DNA of 64,000 bases from an uncultured Actinomycetota bacterium (GCA_963831705.1 CAWHRE010000010.1:1419412-1483411); one strand, 5' to 3'. Shown: positions 30,911-42,224, counted from the first letter of the stretch. Program-made: numbers and translations. Notes: a model not told the origin generated them from the sequence alone.

Positions 30911-32104
30911 TCATTCGGCTGAGACGACCGCCAGGGACGTACGGCCGCCTGCGCCTCCACCGGGGAGCGCGATCGACGAGAAGTGCGACACCACCCGATC
31001 GTCGGTCGGGTCGTCGGCCTCGGTGTAATGCACCGCCATGTGCCGGTACAGCGTGTCGCGCTGCGCCGGGATACGTCCGGCCGAGCGGATCATCCAGATC
31101 AGCTCATGTAGGTTCGACCGGTGCTTCGCGCCCGCGCTGGAGATCACGTTCTCCTCCAGCATGATCGACCCGAGATCGTCCACGCCCATGTGCAGCGCGA
31201 TCTGACCGATGTCCTTGCCGGTGGTCAGCCACGACGCCTGCAGGTGGTTCACGTTGTCGAAGAACAGCCGGGCGACCGCGATCAGCCGCAGATACTCCAG
31301 CGACGTCGCCTGCGTACGGCCCTTGAGGTGGTTGTTCTCGGACTGGTACGTCCATGGGATGAAGGACCGGAAGCCACCCGTCCGATCCTGTACGTCCCGG
31401 ATCATCCGCAGGTGCTCGATTCGCTCGGCGTTCGTTTCGCCGGTGCCCATCATCATCGTGGCGGTCGACTCGATGCCCAGGTGATGCGCCGTCTCCATCA
31501 CCTCGAGCCAGCGCTCGCCGGATTCCTTGAGGGGCGCGATGGCCGTACGGGGGCGGGCCGGCAGCATCTCCGCACCGGCGCCGGCGATCGAGTCGAGTCC
31601 GGCCGCCTTGATCCGGCGTACCGCTTCTTCGATCGATGTGTTGGAAACCTTCGACATATGCAGGATCTCGCTCGGACCGATCGAGTGGATGACCAGGTCC
31701 GGGTACGCCGCCTTGACGGTCGAGAACAGTTCCTCGTAGTACTCGACGCCGTAATCCGGGTGGTGACCGCCCTGCAGCATGACCTGCGTGGCACCGAGGT
31801 CGATCGCCTCGCCGCAGCGGCGCAGGATCTCCTCCATCGGATGCGACCAGCCCTCGGAGTGCTTCGGCGCCCGGTAGAACGCGCAGAACTTACACGCCGT
31901 CACGCACACGTTCGTGTAGTTGATGTTGCGATCGATGATGTACGTGACGATCCCGTCCGGGTACCGGCGTCGTCGTACCGCGTCTGCCGCCTCGCCCAGC
32001 GGGTGAAACGGGGCCTCGGTGTAGAGATACAGCGCCTCGTCGGGCGAGATCCGCCCACCGTCGGCCGCGCGCGAAAGGATGCCGTCAATCTCCGAGTTCG
32101 TCAC
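30911..32104 (-). CDS. mqnC: radical SAM menaquinone (futalosine pathway) enzyme, MqnC type
   Basis: Has the radical SAM motif CVTACKFCAF and conserved MqnC/MqnE family blocks (MLQGGHHPD, MMMGTGET). GTG start at 32104. I cannot make the MqnC versus MqnE call with certainty. Confidence 0.7.
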   Translation of the reverse strand: MTNSEIDGILSRAADGGRISPDEALYLYTEAPFHPLGEAADAVRRRRYPDGIVTYIIDRNINYTNVCVTACKFCAFYRAPKHSEGWSHPMEEILRRCGEAIDLGATQVMLQGGHHPDYGVEYYEELFSTVKAAYPDLVIHSIGPSEILHMSKVSNTSIEEAVRRIKAAGLDSIAGAGAEMLPARPRTAIAPLKESGERWLEVMETAHHLGIESTATMMMGTGETNAERIEHLRMIRDVQDRTGGFRSFIPWTYQSENNHLKGRTQATSLEYLRLIAVARLFFDNVNHLQASWLTTGKDIGQIALHMGVDDLGSIMLEENVISSAGAKHRSNLHELIWMIRSAGRIPAQRDTLYRHMAVHYTEADDPTDDRVVSHFSSIALPGGGAGGRTSLAVVSAE

Positions 32105-32240
32105 GCATCCGAGCGTACCGGCGTGGTCCGCGCCGCGACACAGCCACCGTCCCGTACGCGTAGAGCACGCCATCCGGTAGCTCACCGATGCATCAACGCG
32201 ACCGGCACGTCCATAGACGGCCGGACACGGCGATCACCCG

Positions 32241-33188
32241 TCAGACCACGGCGAGCGCGCGCAAAGAGGCGAGGTCGTCCGGCGAAGGGATCCAATTACC
32301 TGCGGTCACGTTCGCGCGGACCTGCTCGGGCGTGGTGGCTCCGGCAATGACCGACGTCACAGCAGGCTGCGCCGCGAGGCCGCCGATCGCGACGTCCAGC
32401 ATCGAAGCGCCGCGCGCCGAAGCGAACTTGCCGATCGCCTCGATCGTGTCCCAGGGCGCCGCGGCGAGCCGGGTCGCGTACCGGTCCTCGGACAACCGCC
32501 CACCGGTCGGTGCCGCGCCGTTGCGTTGGTACTTCCCGGTCAGCAGACCGCTGGCCAGCGGGAAGAACGGCAACAAACCGAGACCGAAGCGCTCGCAGGC
32601 ACCGACAACGTCGGCTTCCACGTCTCGTTCCAGCCAGTTGTACTCGTTCTGCGCGCTGATGAACGGCGCCCACCCACGGGTACGGGCGGTCCAATCCGCG
32701 TCGGCGATCTGCCATCCGGTGAAGTTCGAGTTGCCGATGTACCGCACCTTGCCGGCGCGGACGATGTCATCGAGCGCGGACAGCGTCTCGTCGATCGGCG
32801 TCGCCGGATCCGGGCGATGCAGCTGGTAGAGGTCGATGTAGTCGGTGCCGAGTCGGCGCAGCGACGCCTCGACCGCCTTCACGACGTACCGGCGGGAGCC
32901 ACGGGCATCGAAATCGACGCCGTTCGCGCCGGCCATGTCCATGCCGAACTTCGTCGCGATCACCACGTCGTCGCGGCGTCCTTGCAGCGCCTTGCCGACC
33001 GCGGTCTCCGAGGCGCCGTGCGGATTGCCGTAGATGTCGGCGGTGTCGAACAGGTTGATGCCCTCTTCGATCGCGGCGTCAATGACCAGTCGTGTACCGG
33101 CGTCATCGACCTTGCGGCCGAAGTTGTTGCATCCGAGTCCGACTGCCGAAACGACAAGCCCGGAATTTCCCAGTCGACGAAAGCGCAT
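32241..33188 (-). CDS. aldo/keto reductase
   Basis: MRFRRLGNSGLVVSAVGLGCNNFG...FDTADIYG... is the canonical AKR N-terminus. The ORF is an intact 315 aa. Confidence 0.88.
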   Translation of the reverse strand: MRFRRLGNSGLVVSAVGLGCNNFGRKVDDAGTRLVIDAAIEEGINLFDTADIYGNPHGASETAVGKALQGRRDDVVIATKFGMDMAGANGVDFDARGSRRYVVKAVEASLRRLGTDYIDLYQLHRPDPATPIDETLSALDDIVRAGKVRYIGNSNFTGWQIADADWTARTRGWAPFISAQNEYNWLERDVEADVVGACERFGLGLLPFFPLASGLLTGKYQRNGAAPTGGRLSEDRYATRLAAAPWDTIEAIGKFASARGASMLDVAIGGLAAQPAVTSVIAGATTPEQVRANVTAGNWIPSPDDLASLRALAVV

Positions 33189-33242
33189 GATCGGACTCTA
33201 CGACTACGACTTGTCAGACCGGCAACGAGGCCACCGGCGGGG

Positions 33243-33980
33243 TCAGATCGCGAACGACACCACCAGCGGCTCAGTCGGAGCAGCGGCACCACCGGCTGCC
33301 TCGACGCTGACGCCGAAGTTCGTCACCCCCGAGACGTCATCGAGGATCACCGTGCCCTCGGTCGTACCGCCGGCCATCACGCCCGCCGACACCGCCGGCT
33401 TGTCGCCGCTGATCAACCACAGCTGGTACGCCTGGCTGTCCGTTACCTTCGGCATGTCGCGGACCACGACGACGCCCTTGTTCAACGACGCCGAAACAAC
33501 GACGCTGACCTGGCCTCCACCTTGGATCTCCTCGCGGTGCACGGTGGCGTCGGCGGCCGTCAACACCTGCGATACCTGCGCATCCTGCTGCTGCGATGCG
33601 CTGATCTCCGCCTTAGCGGCGCTTGTGTTCTGGTTCGAGATCGCGTACCCGACGGCACCGCCGCCGACCGCGATGACCGCCGCTGCCGCAATGCCCGCGG
33701 CCCAGCCACGCCAGCCGCGCGAGGACGCGCGCTCGGTGGCGACCCGGCCCGGCCGTGCTTGCCGGGTCTGGGCTGCCTCGGCGAGTACCGCCTGCTTCAG
33801 CCGGGCCGGCGGCGCCATCGGCGTGAGATCGGTGAGCCGTGCCACGGTGGCGCGGAGTTCGGCGAGTTCCTGTGCGCACGAAGGGCACCCGGCGAGATGC
33901 CGGTCGAACGCGGCCCGCTCGATGTCCGACACGGCGTCGAGCGCATACGCACCGGCCAACGTGTGAATGTCAACACTCAT
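33243..33980 (-). CDS. rskA: anti-sigma-K factor RskA-like membrane protein
   Basis: The N-terminal LAGAYALDAVSDIERAAFDRHLAGCPSCAQEL, a central TM helix, and the C-terminal YQLWLISGDKPVSAG..FGVSVE block all match the RskA architecture. Confidence 0.8.
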   Translation of the reverse strand: MSVDIHTLAGAYALDAVSDIERAAFDRHLAGCPSCAQELAELRATVARLTDLTPMAPPARLKQAVLAEAAQTRQARPGRVATERASSRGWRGWAAGIAAAAVIAVGGGAVGYAISNQNTSAAKAEISASQQQDAQVSQVLTAADATVHREEIQGGGQVSVVVSASLNKGVVVVRDMPKVTDSQAYQLWLISGDKPAVSAGVMAGGTTEGTVILDDVSGVTNFGVSVEAAGGAAAPTEPLVVSFAI

Positions 33981-34047
33981 TGCCGCCCCCGCTCCGCTGG
34001 GCGCGGCAACTGCGACGCCACCCGGTTCACTCGCTGACGCTCGCTCA

Positions 34048-34662
34048 TCAGACCGTCACCCCCAGGCAATCGCGCAACCGGATCAGACCATCGCGCATCC
34101 GAGTTTTGACGGCCGGCAGACCTACCTTCAGCAGCGAGGCGACCTCGCTGTAGGTGTGACCGCCGTAGTACGCCATTGTGATCGCTTCACGCTGCATATC
34201 CGTCAGGTTCTTGAGGCAGCGCCGGACTTGCACCTGTTCGAGATGGGCCGTGGCCGTCTCGACCACGTCGTCGTACGGCGTCTCCATCGTCGCGACCTTC
34301 CGCAGGCGATCACTGCCGGCCTGCTCGGAACGCACTCGATCAACCGCTCGCCGGTGCGCGATCGTGAAGATCCAGCTGGTCGCGCTGCCACGCTCGGGAT
34401 CGAACCGGGTCGACGTACGCCAGACCTCGACGAGCACCTCTTGCGTGACCTCTTCGGCCTGCGCCGGGTCACGAACGATTCGCCGGATCAGGCCGAACAC
34501 ACGGTTGGCGACCAGGTCGTACAGCCGCTCGAACGCCCGCTCGTCGCCGTGCGCCGTCCGAGTCAGCAAATGATCGGGATCCTCATCCTGGCTGGTCGGC
34601 ACGGCTTCGAGCCGCGCTCGCCCGGGACGCTCACTCGGATCGCCCGCTGGCTTCGAACTCAT
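34048..34662 (-). CDS. sigK: ECF sigma factor, SigK-like
   Basis: Region 2 (AEEVTQEVLVEVWR) and region 4 (HTYSEVASLLKVGLPAVKTRMRDGL) are present. It lies directly upstream of the RskA-like gene. Confidence 0.8.
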   Translation of the reverse strand: MSSKPAGDPSERPGRARLEAVPTSQDEDPDHLLTRTAHGDERAFERLYDLVANRVFGLIRRIVRDPAQAEEVTQEVLVEVWRTSTRFDPERGSATSWIFTIAHRRAVDRVRSEQAGSDRLRKVATMETPYDDVVETATAHLEQVQVRRCLKNLTDMQREAITMAYYGGHTYSEVASLLKVGLPAVKTRMRDGLIRLRDCLGVTV

Positions 34663-34736
34663 GCGCGTATGCCCCTCCGGCCGCCGTACCGTTGTCGATC
34701 ACTCGCTATTCGGTGCCGACGCGGGTTCGGATGGGT

Positions 34737-35855
34737 TTACGCGTCGTAATCGATCGTGACGGCGTCCGTGACCGGGCTGGATTGACAGGTCAGCACGTAG
34801 CCGGCGGCCAATTCATCCGGTTCGAGGGCATAATTCTGCGCCATTTCCACCTGACCGTCGGTCACGCGCGCGCGACACGTCGAGCACACGCCACCCTTGC
34901 AAGCGTAGGGCAGTTCGGCGCGGATCTTCAGAGCCGCATCAAGAACGCGCTCGTCGCGCCGCATCGTAAAGCTCGACGCCCGGCCGTCCAGCACGATCGT
35001 GACGACGGCGTCCCCCGAGTCCGGCCCGGCGTCGTCGGTGGGCGCGGTCCGCGCCGGAGTCGCGGCGTCCTCCACGTGAAACAACTCTGTGCGTACGGCC
35101 GTCTCCGCCACTCCCCGCTCCGCCAGCACGCCACGAACATCCATGACCATCCCGTACGGCCCGCAGAGGAACCACTCATCCGCATCGACGCCGACGAGCC
35201 CGCTGTCGAGCAGCCGGCCGAACCGATCCGCATCGACCCGGCCGCTGAGCAACTCCGCATCCTGCGGCTCCCGGGACAGTACGTGCACGAGGTGCAGTCG
35301 CGCCGGGAATCGATCCTTCAGATCCGCAAGTTCCTCGGCGAACATCACCGAACGCACGTACCGGTTGCCGTACACCAGCGTGAACGTGCTCTGCGGCTCG
35401 GTTGACAACACGGTCGCGACCAGCGACAGAATCGGAGTGACGCCCGATCCGGCGACGACGGCCGCGTAGCGGCGGGTTCGATCCGGCGCGTACGCCGTAG
35501 TGAAGTGACCAAGCGGCGGCATCACCTCGACGTCATGTCCCGCGGCCAGCACGGTGAGCGCGAACTTCGAGAAGATGCCGCCGGGCACGGCTTTGACGCC
35601 GATCCGGAGCAGGCCGCGTTCGGCCAGGTCGCGCGGGGTGGAACAGATCGAGTACGACCTTCGGACATCCTCGCCGTTCTCGATCAGCCGGACGGTAACG
35701 TGCTGGCCGGCGTCGAACGCGTACGCGGCTCGCAACCCCTCCGGCACGGCGAACGTCACTACAACGGCATCGTCGGTCAGCGGGTCTACGGCACGCACCG
35801 GAAGCGCATGAAATTGCGGTCGGCGCCGTACCGGCTTCGTGATCGTGACCGTCAT
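34737..35855 (-). CDS. paaE: phenylacetyl-CoA epoxidase reductase subunit PaaE
   Basis: Starts at MTVTITKP (1-nt overlap with the paaD stop). Has an FNR-like FAD/NAD domain (RSYSICS) and a C-terminal plant-type 2Fe-2S motif CKGGVCSTCRARV. Confidence 0.88.
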   Translation of the reverse strand: MTVTITKPVRRRPQFHALPVRAVDPLTDDAVVVTFAVPEGLRAAYAFDAGQHVTVRLIENGEDVRRSYSICSTPRDLAERGLLRIGVKAVPGGIFSKFALTVLAAGHDVEVMPPLGHFTTAYAPDRTRRYAAVVAGSGVTPILSLVATVLSTEPQSTFTLVYGNRYVRSVMFAEELADLKDRFPARLHLVHVLSREPQDAELLSGRVDADRFGRLLDSGLVGVDADEWFLCGPYGMVMDVRGVLAERGVAETAVRTELFHVEDAATPARTAPTDDAGPDSGDAVVTIVLDGRASSFTMRRDERVLDAALKIRAELPYACKGGVCSTCRARVTDGQVEMAQNYALEPDELAAGYVLTCQSSPVTDAVTIDYDA

Positions 35856-36367
35856 CAGAACGCCTTCACGTGGTCGAACGGCTCCGCGCATGCCCGGCAC
35901 CGGCGCAGCGACTTGCACGCGGTCGAACCGAACCGGGACAGTTCTTCGGTCTCCACCGATCCGCAGCGTGGGCATCGCACGGTGACGCCGATCGACACCG
36001 GTACCGGGCCGCCGACCAGTACCGGGCCGGGTGGCGCGATGCCGGCCGCGGTGAGCTTGGCGCGTCCCTCGGCGCTGATCCGATCGGTACTCCACGCCGG
36101 GCTGAGCACGGTCCTGACCTCCACGCTGATCGCACCGGCCGTGGTCGCCGCGCGTGCGATATCGGCCCGGATCACATCCATTGCCGGGCACCCGCTGTAC
36201 GTCGGCGTAATCGTCACCACCACGGCCCCGTCGTCGTCCACCGACACGTTCCGCAGGATGCCGAGATCGTCGATCGTGATCACCCGGATCTCCGGATCGA
36301 CCACCGACGCGATCGCCTCCCGGATCGTCGTCCGCTTCTCCGCCGTCCGGGCTTCCGGCGCTACCAC
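35855..36367 (-). CDS. paaD: phenylacetate-CoA oxygenase subunit PaaD
   Basis: Carries VVDPEIRVITIDDLGILR (MIP18/SufT-like domain) and C-terminal CPRCGS...CRAC cysteines. The GTG start overlaps the paaC stop. Confidence 0.85.
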   Translation of the reverse strand: MVAPEARTAEKRTTIREAIASVVDPEIRVITIDDLGILRNVSVDDDGAVVVTITPTYSGCPAMDVIRADIARAATTAGAISVEVRTVLSPAWSTDRISAEGRAKLTAAGIAPPGPVLVGGPVPVSIGVTVRCPRCGSVETEELSRFGSTACKSLRRCRACAEPFDHVKAF

Positions 36368-37104
36368 GTCGCTCCCGGATGCGCCCGATGCAGGACCTGC
36401 ATCTCGGTGAGCAGATCGGACAACGCTTCGGAATGGCTTCCGGTACGCCCACCGCCCGGCCGCCATCCCGCTCTGGGTACCGCGAGTTCGCTCGCCTGGA
36501 GTACGCCGAAGACACGGTTCTGCCAGGCGACGTGCAGGGTCGTCGGGTCGACTGCGATGCCTTCCAGCCGCCGGACGACATCGTCCGATTCGAACAACTC
36601 CGCCGTGTACGGCCAGACCTCGACCAGCGCGTTCGTCATGCGACGGTGGGATTCAATCGTGCCGCCACCGAGCCGGGCGGTCCACAGCGCCGCATGGTCG
36701 AGGTGGTACGCGGATTCCTTCACGCATTTGCCGGCGATCGCCGCGATCCGCTCGTCCTTGCGGCCGGCGAGATCGCCGTAGAGGAGATGCTGGTACGCGG
36801 ACAGGCACAGCAGCTTCACGATGACGGTACCGAAGTCGGCGTCCGGCAACTCGACCAGCTGAACGTTACGAAACTCGTGGTCGTCGCGCAGATATGCCAA
36901 CGCATCTTCGTCGCGACCAGCGCCTTCGACCTCGCCGGCGTACGTCAGGAACATCCGCGCCGCGCCGAGTTGATCAAGCGCGATGTTCGACAGCGCGATG
37001 TCCTCTTCCATTTCCGGCGCGCGCGCCGACCACTCGCCCAGCCGCTGCGCGGTGACGAGCGCATCGTCCCCAAGCCGCAGAAGATATTCGAACAGGTCAC
37101 TCAT
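36361..37104 (-). CDS. paaC: phenylacetyl-CoA epoxidase subunit PaaC
   Basis: 247-aa ferritin-like subunit (LLRLGDDALVTAQRLGEWSARAPEMEEDIALSNIALD) lying between paaB and paaD. Confidence 0.88.
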   Translation of the reverse strand: MSDLFEYLLRLGDDALVTAQRLGEWSARAPEMEEDIALSNIALDQLGAARMFLTYAGEVEGAGRDEDALAYLRDDHEFRNVQLVELPDADFGTVIVKLLCLSAYQHLLYGDLAGRKDERIAAIAGKCVKESAYHLDHAALWTARLGGGTIESHRRMTNALVEVWPYTAELFESDDVVRRLEGIAVDPTTLHVAWQNRVFGVLQASELAVPRAGWRPGGGRTGSHSEALSDLLTEMQVLHRAHPGATW

Positions 37105-37385
37105 CAGATATGACCCGCGCCGTCGGGGACGTCGTAGAACGTCGGATGCCGGTACACCTTGTCGGCCGCCGGATCGAAGAACGCGTCCTTCTCGTCCGGG
37201 CTCGACGCGGTGATCGCACCGGCTGGGATCACCCAGATCGACACGCCCTCCTGCCGCCGCGTGTAGACATCGCGCGCGTTACGCAGCGCCATCTCGGCAT
37301 CCGGGGCGTGCAAGCTGCCGACATGCACATGAGACAGGCCGCGACGCGGACGGACGAAGACTTCCCAGAGTTGTGTGTCGGTCAT
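37104..37385 (-). CDS. paaB: phenylacetyl-CoA epoxidase subunit PaaB
   Basis: 93 aa. [23 protein letters not shown] is the PaaB signature. It overlaps the paaA stop by 4 nt. Confidence 0.9.
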   Translation of the reverse strand: MTDTQLWEVFVRPRRGLSHVHVGSLHAPDAEMALRNARDVYTRRQEGVSIWVIPAGAITASSPDEKDAFFDPAADKVYRHPTFYDVPDGAGHI

Positions 37386-38428
37386 GCGGCCGGCCGTACC
37401 TTATCGATCTGCTTGGCGGCATAAGCCGCCGCCGCTTCGCGGACCCAAGCGCCCTCGTCGTGCGCGCGCTTGCGGTTGGTGATGCGCTCGCGGTTGCAGG
37501 GGCCGTTGCCCTTGATGACCTGCATCAACTCGTCGTAGTCCGGCTGCGTGTAGCGGTAGTGCCCGGTCTCCTCGTCCTTTGTCAGGTCCGGATCCGGGAT
37601 GTCGAGGGTCAGAACCGAAGCCTGCTGTACGCACATGTCGACGAACCGTTGCCGCAGGTCATCGTTGGAGAACCGCTTGATCTTCCAAGCCATCGACTGC
37701 TCGGAGTGGGTCGAGTCGCCGTCGGGCGGGCCGAACATCGCCAGCGACGGGTACCACCAGCGGTTCACCGCGTCCTGCGCCATCGCCCGCTGCGCCTCCG
37801 TGCCGTGCGCAAGCGTGTGCAGGATCTCGAAGCCCTGGCGCTGGTGGAACGATTCTTCCTTGCAGACACGGATCATGGCGCGGGCATACGGCCCGTACGA
37901 GCAGCGGCACAACGGCACCTGGTTCACGATCGCAGCGCCGTCCACGAGCCAGCCGATCGCGCCGACGTCCGCCCAGGTCAGCGTCGGGTAATTGAAGATC
38001 GACGAGTACTTCTGGCGGCCGTCGATCAGCATCTCGACCAGGTCGTCGCGGGAGACGCCGAGCGTTTCGGCGGCGGCGTAAAGGTAGAGTCCGTGGCCCG
38101 CTTCGTCCTGCACCTTGGCCAGCAGGATCGCCTTGCGCTTGAGGCTCGGCGCGCGGGTGATCCAATTGCCTTCCGGCTGCATCCCGATGATCTCGGAATG
38201 CGCATGCTGGGCAATCTGGCGGATCAACGTCTTGCGGTAAGCGTCCGGCATCCAGTCGCGCGGCTCGATCTTCTGCTCAGCCGCGACGATCTCGTCGAAG
38301 TAGGCCTGCGCTTCACCGGTTGGCTCGGCGCGTCCGGCCGCGGCGGCCTCGTGAAGCGCGCGCTCCGCATCGGCCACTTGATCAAGCAGAGACGACGCTT
38401 CGGGCACGGTGAAGTCGTTCCCATACAT
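37382..38428 (-). CDS. paaA: phenylacetyl-CoA epoxidase catalytic subunit PaaA
   Basis: Di-iron ferritin-like protein ([19 protein letters not shown]). It is the first gene of the paaABCDE string. Confidence 0.9.
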   Translation of the reverse strand: MYGNDFTVPEASSLLDQVADAERALHEAAAAGRAEPTGEAQAYFDEIVAAEQKIEPRDWMPDAYRKTLIRQIAQHAHSEIIGMQPEGNWITRAPSLKRKAILLAKVQDEAGHGLYLYAAAETLGVSRDDLVEMLIDGRQKYSSIFNYPTLTWADVGAIGWLVDGAAIVNQVPLCRCSYGPYARAMIRVCKEESFHQRQGFEILHTLAHGTEAQRAMAQDAVNRWWYPSLAMFGPPDGDSTHSEQSMAWKIKRFSNDDLRQRFVDMCVQQASVLTLDIPDPDLTKDEETGHYRYTQPDYDELMQVIKGNGPCNRERITNRKRAHDEGAWVREAAAAYAAKQIDKVRPAA

Positions 38429-38487
38429 ACCCCAAGTGTTACAGCCCTAGTACATTCCAGCAACCCAAGTGTCACACTCACTCGGTT

Positions 38488-38571
38488 TGATTTGAGATCT
38501 TGGAAGTTGGGAGAGATCAAATCGCCATGATCACAGCCCTGAGCTTCCACCCGCGCCAAGATTCGCGATCA
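38488..38571. repeat. GATC-rich inverted-repeat element, family B copy 3
   Basis: TGATTTGAGATCTTGGAAG...GAGATCAAATCGCCATGATCACAGCCCTGAGCTTCCACCCGCGCCAAGATTCGCGATCA is about 85-90 percent identical to the reverse complement of 50151-50234. Confidence 0.85.
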
Positions 38572-38596
38572 TCGGAAGCTGGCGGGCGGCTAAGAG

Positions 38597-39520
<924 letters not shown>

Positions 39521-40561
39521 TTACTTGACCCCGGCGTACGAGTGCAGACCGGTAATGAAGATGTTCACGATGAAAAGATTCATCATCATCGTTCCCCAGC
39601 CGATCACCGCGAGCCAGCTGGCGGTGGTCCGGCGAACGCTCGGCGTGGCACGCGCGTGCAGGTAGCAGGCGTACGCGACCCAGGCAATGAACGCCCACGT
39701 CTCCTTCGGGTCCCAGCCCCAGTACCGGCCCCAGGCAGCCTCGGCCCAGATCGCACCACAGATGATCGCGAGCGTCCAGATCGGAAACGCGAACGCGTGA
39801 ATCCGGAACGTCAGTCGCTCCAGACTGTCGGCCGGCTGCAACCGCTCGCCCAACGTGTACGGGAAGCCGATCGGAGCATCCGCGGCCGTACGCTTCTCGT
39901 AACCTGCCCGGATCAAGTGCAGTGCGGCGGCGCAGAACCCGAGCATCAGCACGCCGGACGCGGTGATCGCGAGCGTCACGTGGATCTTCAGCCAGTACGA
40001 GTTCAGCGCCGGCATCAGCGGCGACACCTTGGTGTACAGCACGGTCTCGTCGAGTCCGAGCAGCACGACCAGTACGCCGGTGACGAACAGACCGAGCGGG
40101 CGCGTTGACGGGCGGCGGGTGACCAGGACCATCCACGCGATCGAGGCGACGAGCGTGACCGCGATGATGAACTCGTACATGTTGCCCCACGGCACCCGGT
40201 GCGCCGCGATTCCGCGCGTGACCAGGCAACCGACGTGCGCAATCAGTCCGATCACGGTGAGCCAGATCGCGGCGCGACCGGCCGGCTCTGCCCAGGCAGC
40301 AAGTCGGTCGCGAGGCGGTTCCGTCGTCAGCACGTCGACCGGATCAAACGAACCGTCGACGAAATCGACCGAACCATCGGCGACGGGATCGTCGATGAGA
40401 TCGGGACCACCGGCGCCCACGAGGACGGGAGCCTCAGAACGCGTCGCCACCCGCGCCACCGCACCCCGCGCACCGAACGCGTACTCGGCGGCGTAGCACA
40501 TCATCGCGAACAGGTACCCGAGGATCGCGACGAAGAGGAGGCTATGGGACAGATTTGCCAT
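39521..40561 (-). CDS. ccsB: cytochrome c biogenesis protein CcsB/CcsA (haem handling)
   Basis: Multi-TM protein with the tryptophan-rich WAEAAWGRYWGWDPKETWAF motif. Confidence 0.9.
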   Translation of the reverse strand: MANLSHSLLFVAILGYLFAMMCYAAEYAFGARGAVARVATRSEAPVLVGAGGPDLIDDPVADGSVDFVDGSFDPVDVLTTEPPRDRLAAWAEPAGRAAIWLTVIGLIAHVGCLVTRGIAAHRVPWGNMYEFIIAVTLVASIAWMVLVTRRPSTRPLGLFVTGVLVVLLGLDETVLYTKVSPLMPALNSYWLKIHVTLAITASGVLMLGFCAAALHLIRAGYEKRTAADAPIGFPYTLGERLQPADSLERLTFRIHAFAFPIWTLAIICGAIWAEAAWGRYWGWDPKETWAFIAWVAYACYLHARATPSVRRTTASWLAVIGWGTMMMNLFIVNIFITGLHSYAGVK

Positions 40562-42224
40562 GGGCGTTCCTGCCTTCCGATGCAGTCACTAGCGCGTCGA
40601 ACTCATCCGGGAAGCTCGCGTACTCGGCTCGCGCGAGGCCGCCGGCCTCGCCAATCGAGCCGGAAACAGACGGGGAAAGGCGGAACCACACGCGCCGCCG
40701 ACGGCCGGTCAAAGATCCCACCAACCCGAGTACGAGCAGCAGCGCACCGACCAGCACCACTTTCTCACCCGGGTCGTAGCGGATCGCCAACGAGACCCAC
40801 TGCTTCGTACCGACGAACTCGATCGTCGAGCCGTCGGACAGCGTCTTCGACTGCCCCGGCTTGAGGCTGATCGGCCGTCCATCGGTAAGGCTGAACGGCT
40901 TCAACACACCGGAGTCGATCTGGCTCTGGTTCAGCGTATAGACCGAGTGCGCCACTCCGTTGTCCAGCCCGAGATCGCCGATGTACGGCGTGAGCACGAC
41001 TTCCGGGTTGTTCGCGGCCGGGAACGTGGACGTCGCGGCGTCGCCGGAGGCGGTCGGCAGGAAGACACCCTCGAAGGCGATCTGCTGCTTCTGGTACGTC
41101 TTCGGGTCGGTGTTCGATCCGGTCTCCGGATTGATGTTCAGGTCCGGGAACTCCGCGACGCCGGTACTCGTATCGCCCGCATCGCCGCTCGGCAGGAACG
41201 GTGACGTGATCGTCTCGCTCTTGCCGTACTTGTCGGTGAACTTGATGACCGTCGCGTACCCATGTCCGACCAGGTAGACGTTCGCACGCGGAAGCCGCAG
41301 CGGCGCGTTCACCTTGATCGTGTCCGGCGTGGAGACCGTCGAACCGATGCGGTTGTACGTGGTGCTCGCCGCGAAATTCGACGGCTCGCCGCTCGACGTG
41401 TACGACGCGTTGAACGAGTTGAGCGTCACGCAGTACGGCGCGAGGTCGGCCGGGTTGACCCGGGCACCCGGCGCGTAGTCGCTGAATACGGCCGGCGTGT
41501 TGCAGAACGTGTCGCCCTCGACAAGCAGGCGATCGGCATGCCAGCCGTACCAGGATCCGAATGCGACCCCGACCAGCAGTGCCATCAGCGAGAAGTGGAA
41601 CAGCAAGTTCCCGGCTTCCTTGAAGTAGCCCTTCTCGCCGGAGACCGTCACCGTTCCGTCGTCATGTGTACGCACCACCGTGCGATACCGACGTGTGCGC
41701 AACACGGCCTTGACCTGCTCGGCGGCCCCGTCCGGCGATTGCTCGAACGCCAACTCCGAAGCGTGCACCGGCATGCGTGAAAGTCGCGCCGGAGCGTCCG
41801 GCGGCACACGGCGAATCGCCTGGTAGTAAACACGCAAGCGAGGGAAGAGGCAGCCCACCAGCGAGATGAACAGCAACAGATAGATCGCCGAGAACCACGG
41901 CGACGCGAAGACCGCGAACCCGCCGACGTCATTGATCAGCGGCGCGAGCTTCGGATGGTGCTGGTAGTACGCCGTGACGTCCTCGGGGTTGACCTTGATC
42001 TGCGGAAGCAGCGAGCCCGGGATGGCGGCGAGCGCGAGCAGGAAAAGCAGGATCAACGCGGTCCGCATGCTGGTCAGCCAGCGCCAGAACCGCCGCGCCA
42101 CGGTGACGACGAACGATCCGCCCTTGCGGTACGACGGCTCGACCCGATCCTGCGTGACCGTCCAGTCCGCTTCCGGCAACTCTTCCGGTGGAACGTCAAC
42201 CGAAGGCGTCTCGATCTGCGACAT
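40542..42224 (-). CDS. resB: cytochrome c biogenesis protein ResB
   Basis: Starts at MSQIETPS (1-nt overlap with the ccdA stop). Has the ResB N-terminal block FWRWLTSMRTALILLFLLALAAIPGSLLPQ. The N-terminal 228 residues of the 788-aa track ORF run out of frame over ccdA. Confidence 0.88.
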   Translation of the reverse strand: MSQIETPSVDVPPEELPEADWTVTQDRVEPSYRKGGSFVVTVARRFWRWLTSMRTALILLFLLALAAIPGSLLPQIKVNPEDVTAYYQHHPKLAPLINDVGGFAVFASPWFSAIYLLLFISLVGCLFPRLRVYYQAIRRVPPDAPARLSRMPVHASELAFEQSPDGAAEQVKAVLRTRRYRTVVRTHDDGTVTVSGEKGYFKEAGNLLFHFSLMALLVGVAFGSWYGWHADRLLVEGDTFCNTPAVFSDYAPGARVNPADLAPYCVTLNSFNASYTSSGEPSNFAASTTYNRIGSTVSTPDTIKVNAPLRLPRANVYLVGHGYATVIKFTDKYGKSETITSPFLPSGDAGDTSTGVAEFPDLNINPETGSNTDPKTYQKQQIAFEGVFLPTASGDAATSTFPAANNPEVVLTPYIGDLGLDNGVAHSVYTLNQSQIDSGVLKPFSLTDGRPISLKPGQSKTLSDGSTIEFVGTKQWVSLAIRYDPGEKVVLVGALLLVLGLVGSLTGRRRRVWFRLSPSVSGSIGEAGGLARAEYASFPDEFDALVTASEGRNAHGKSVP

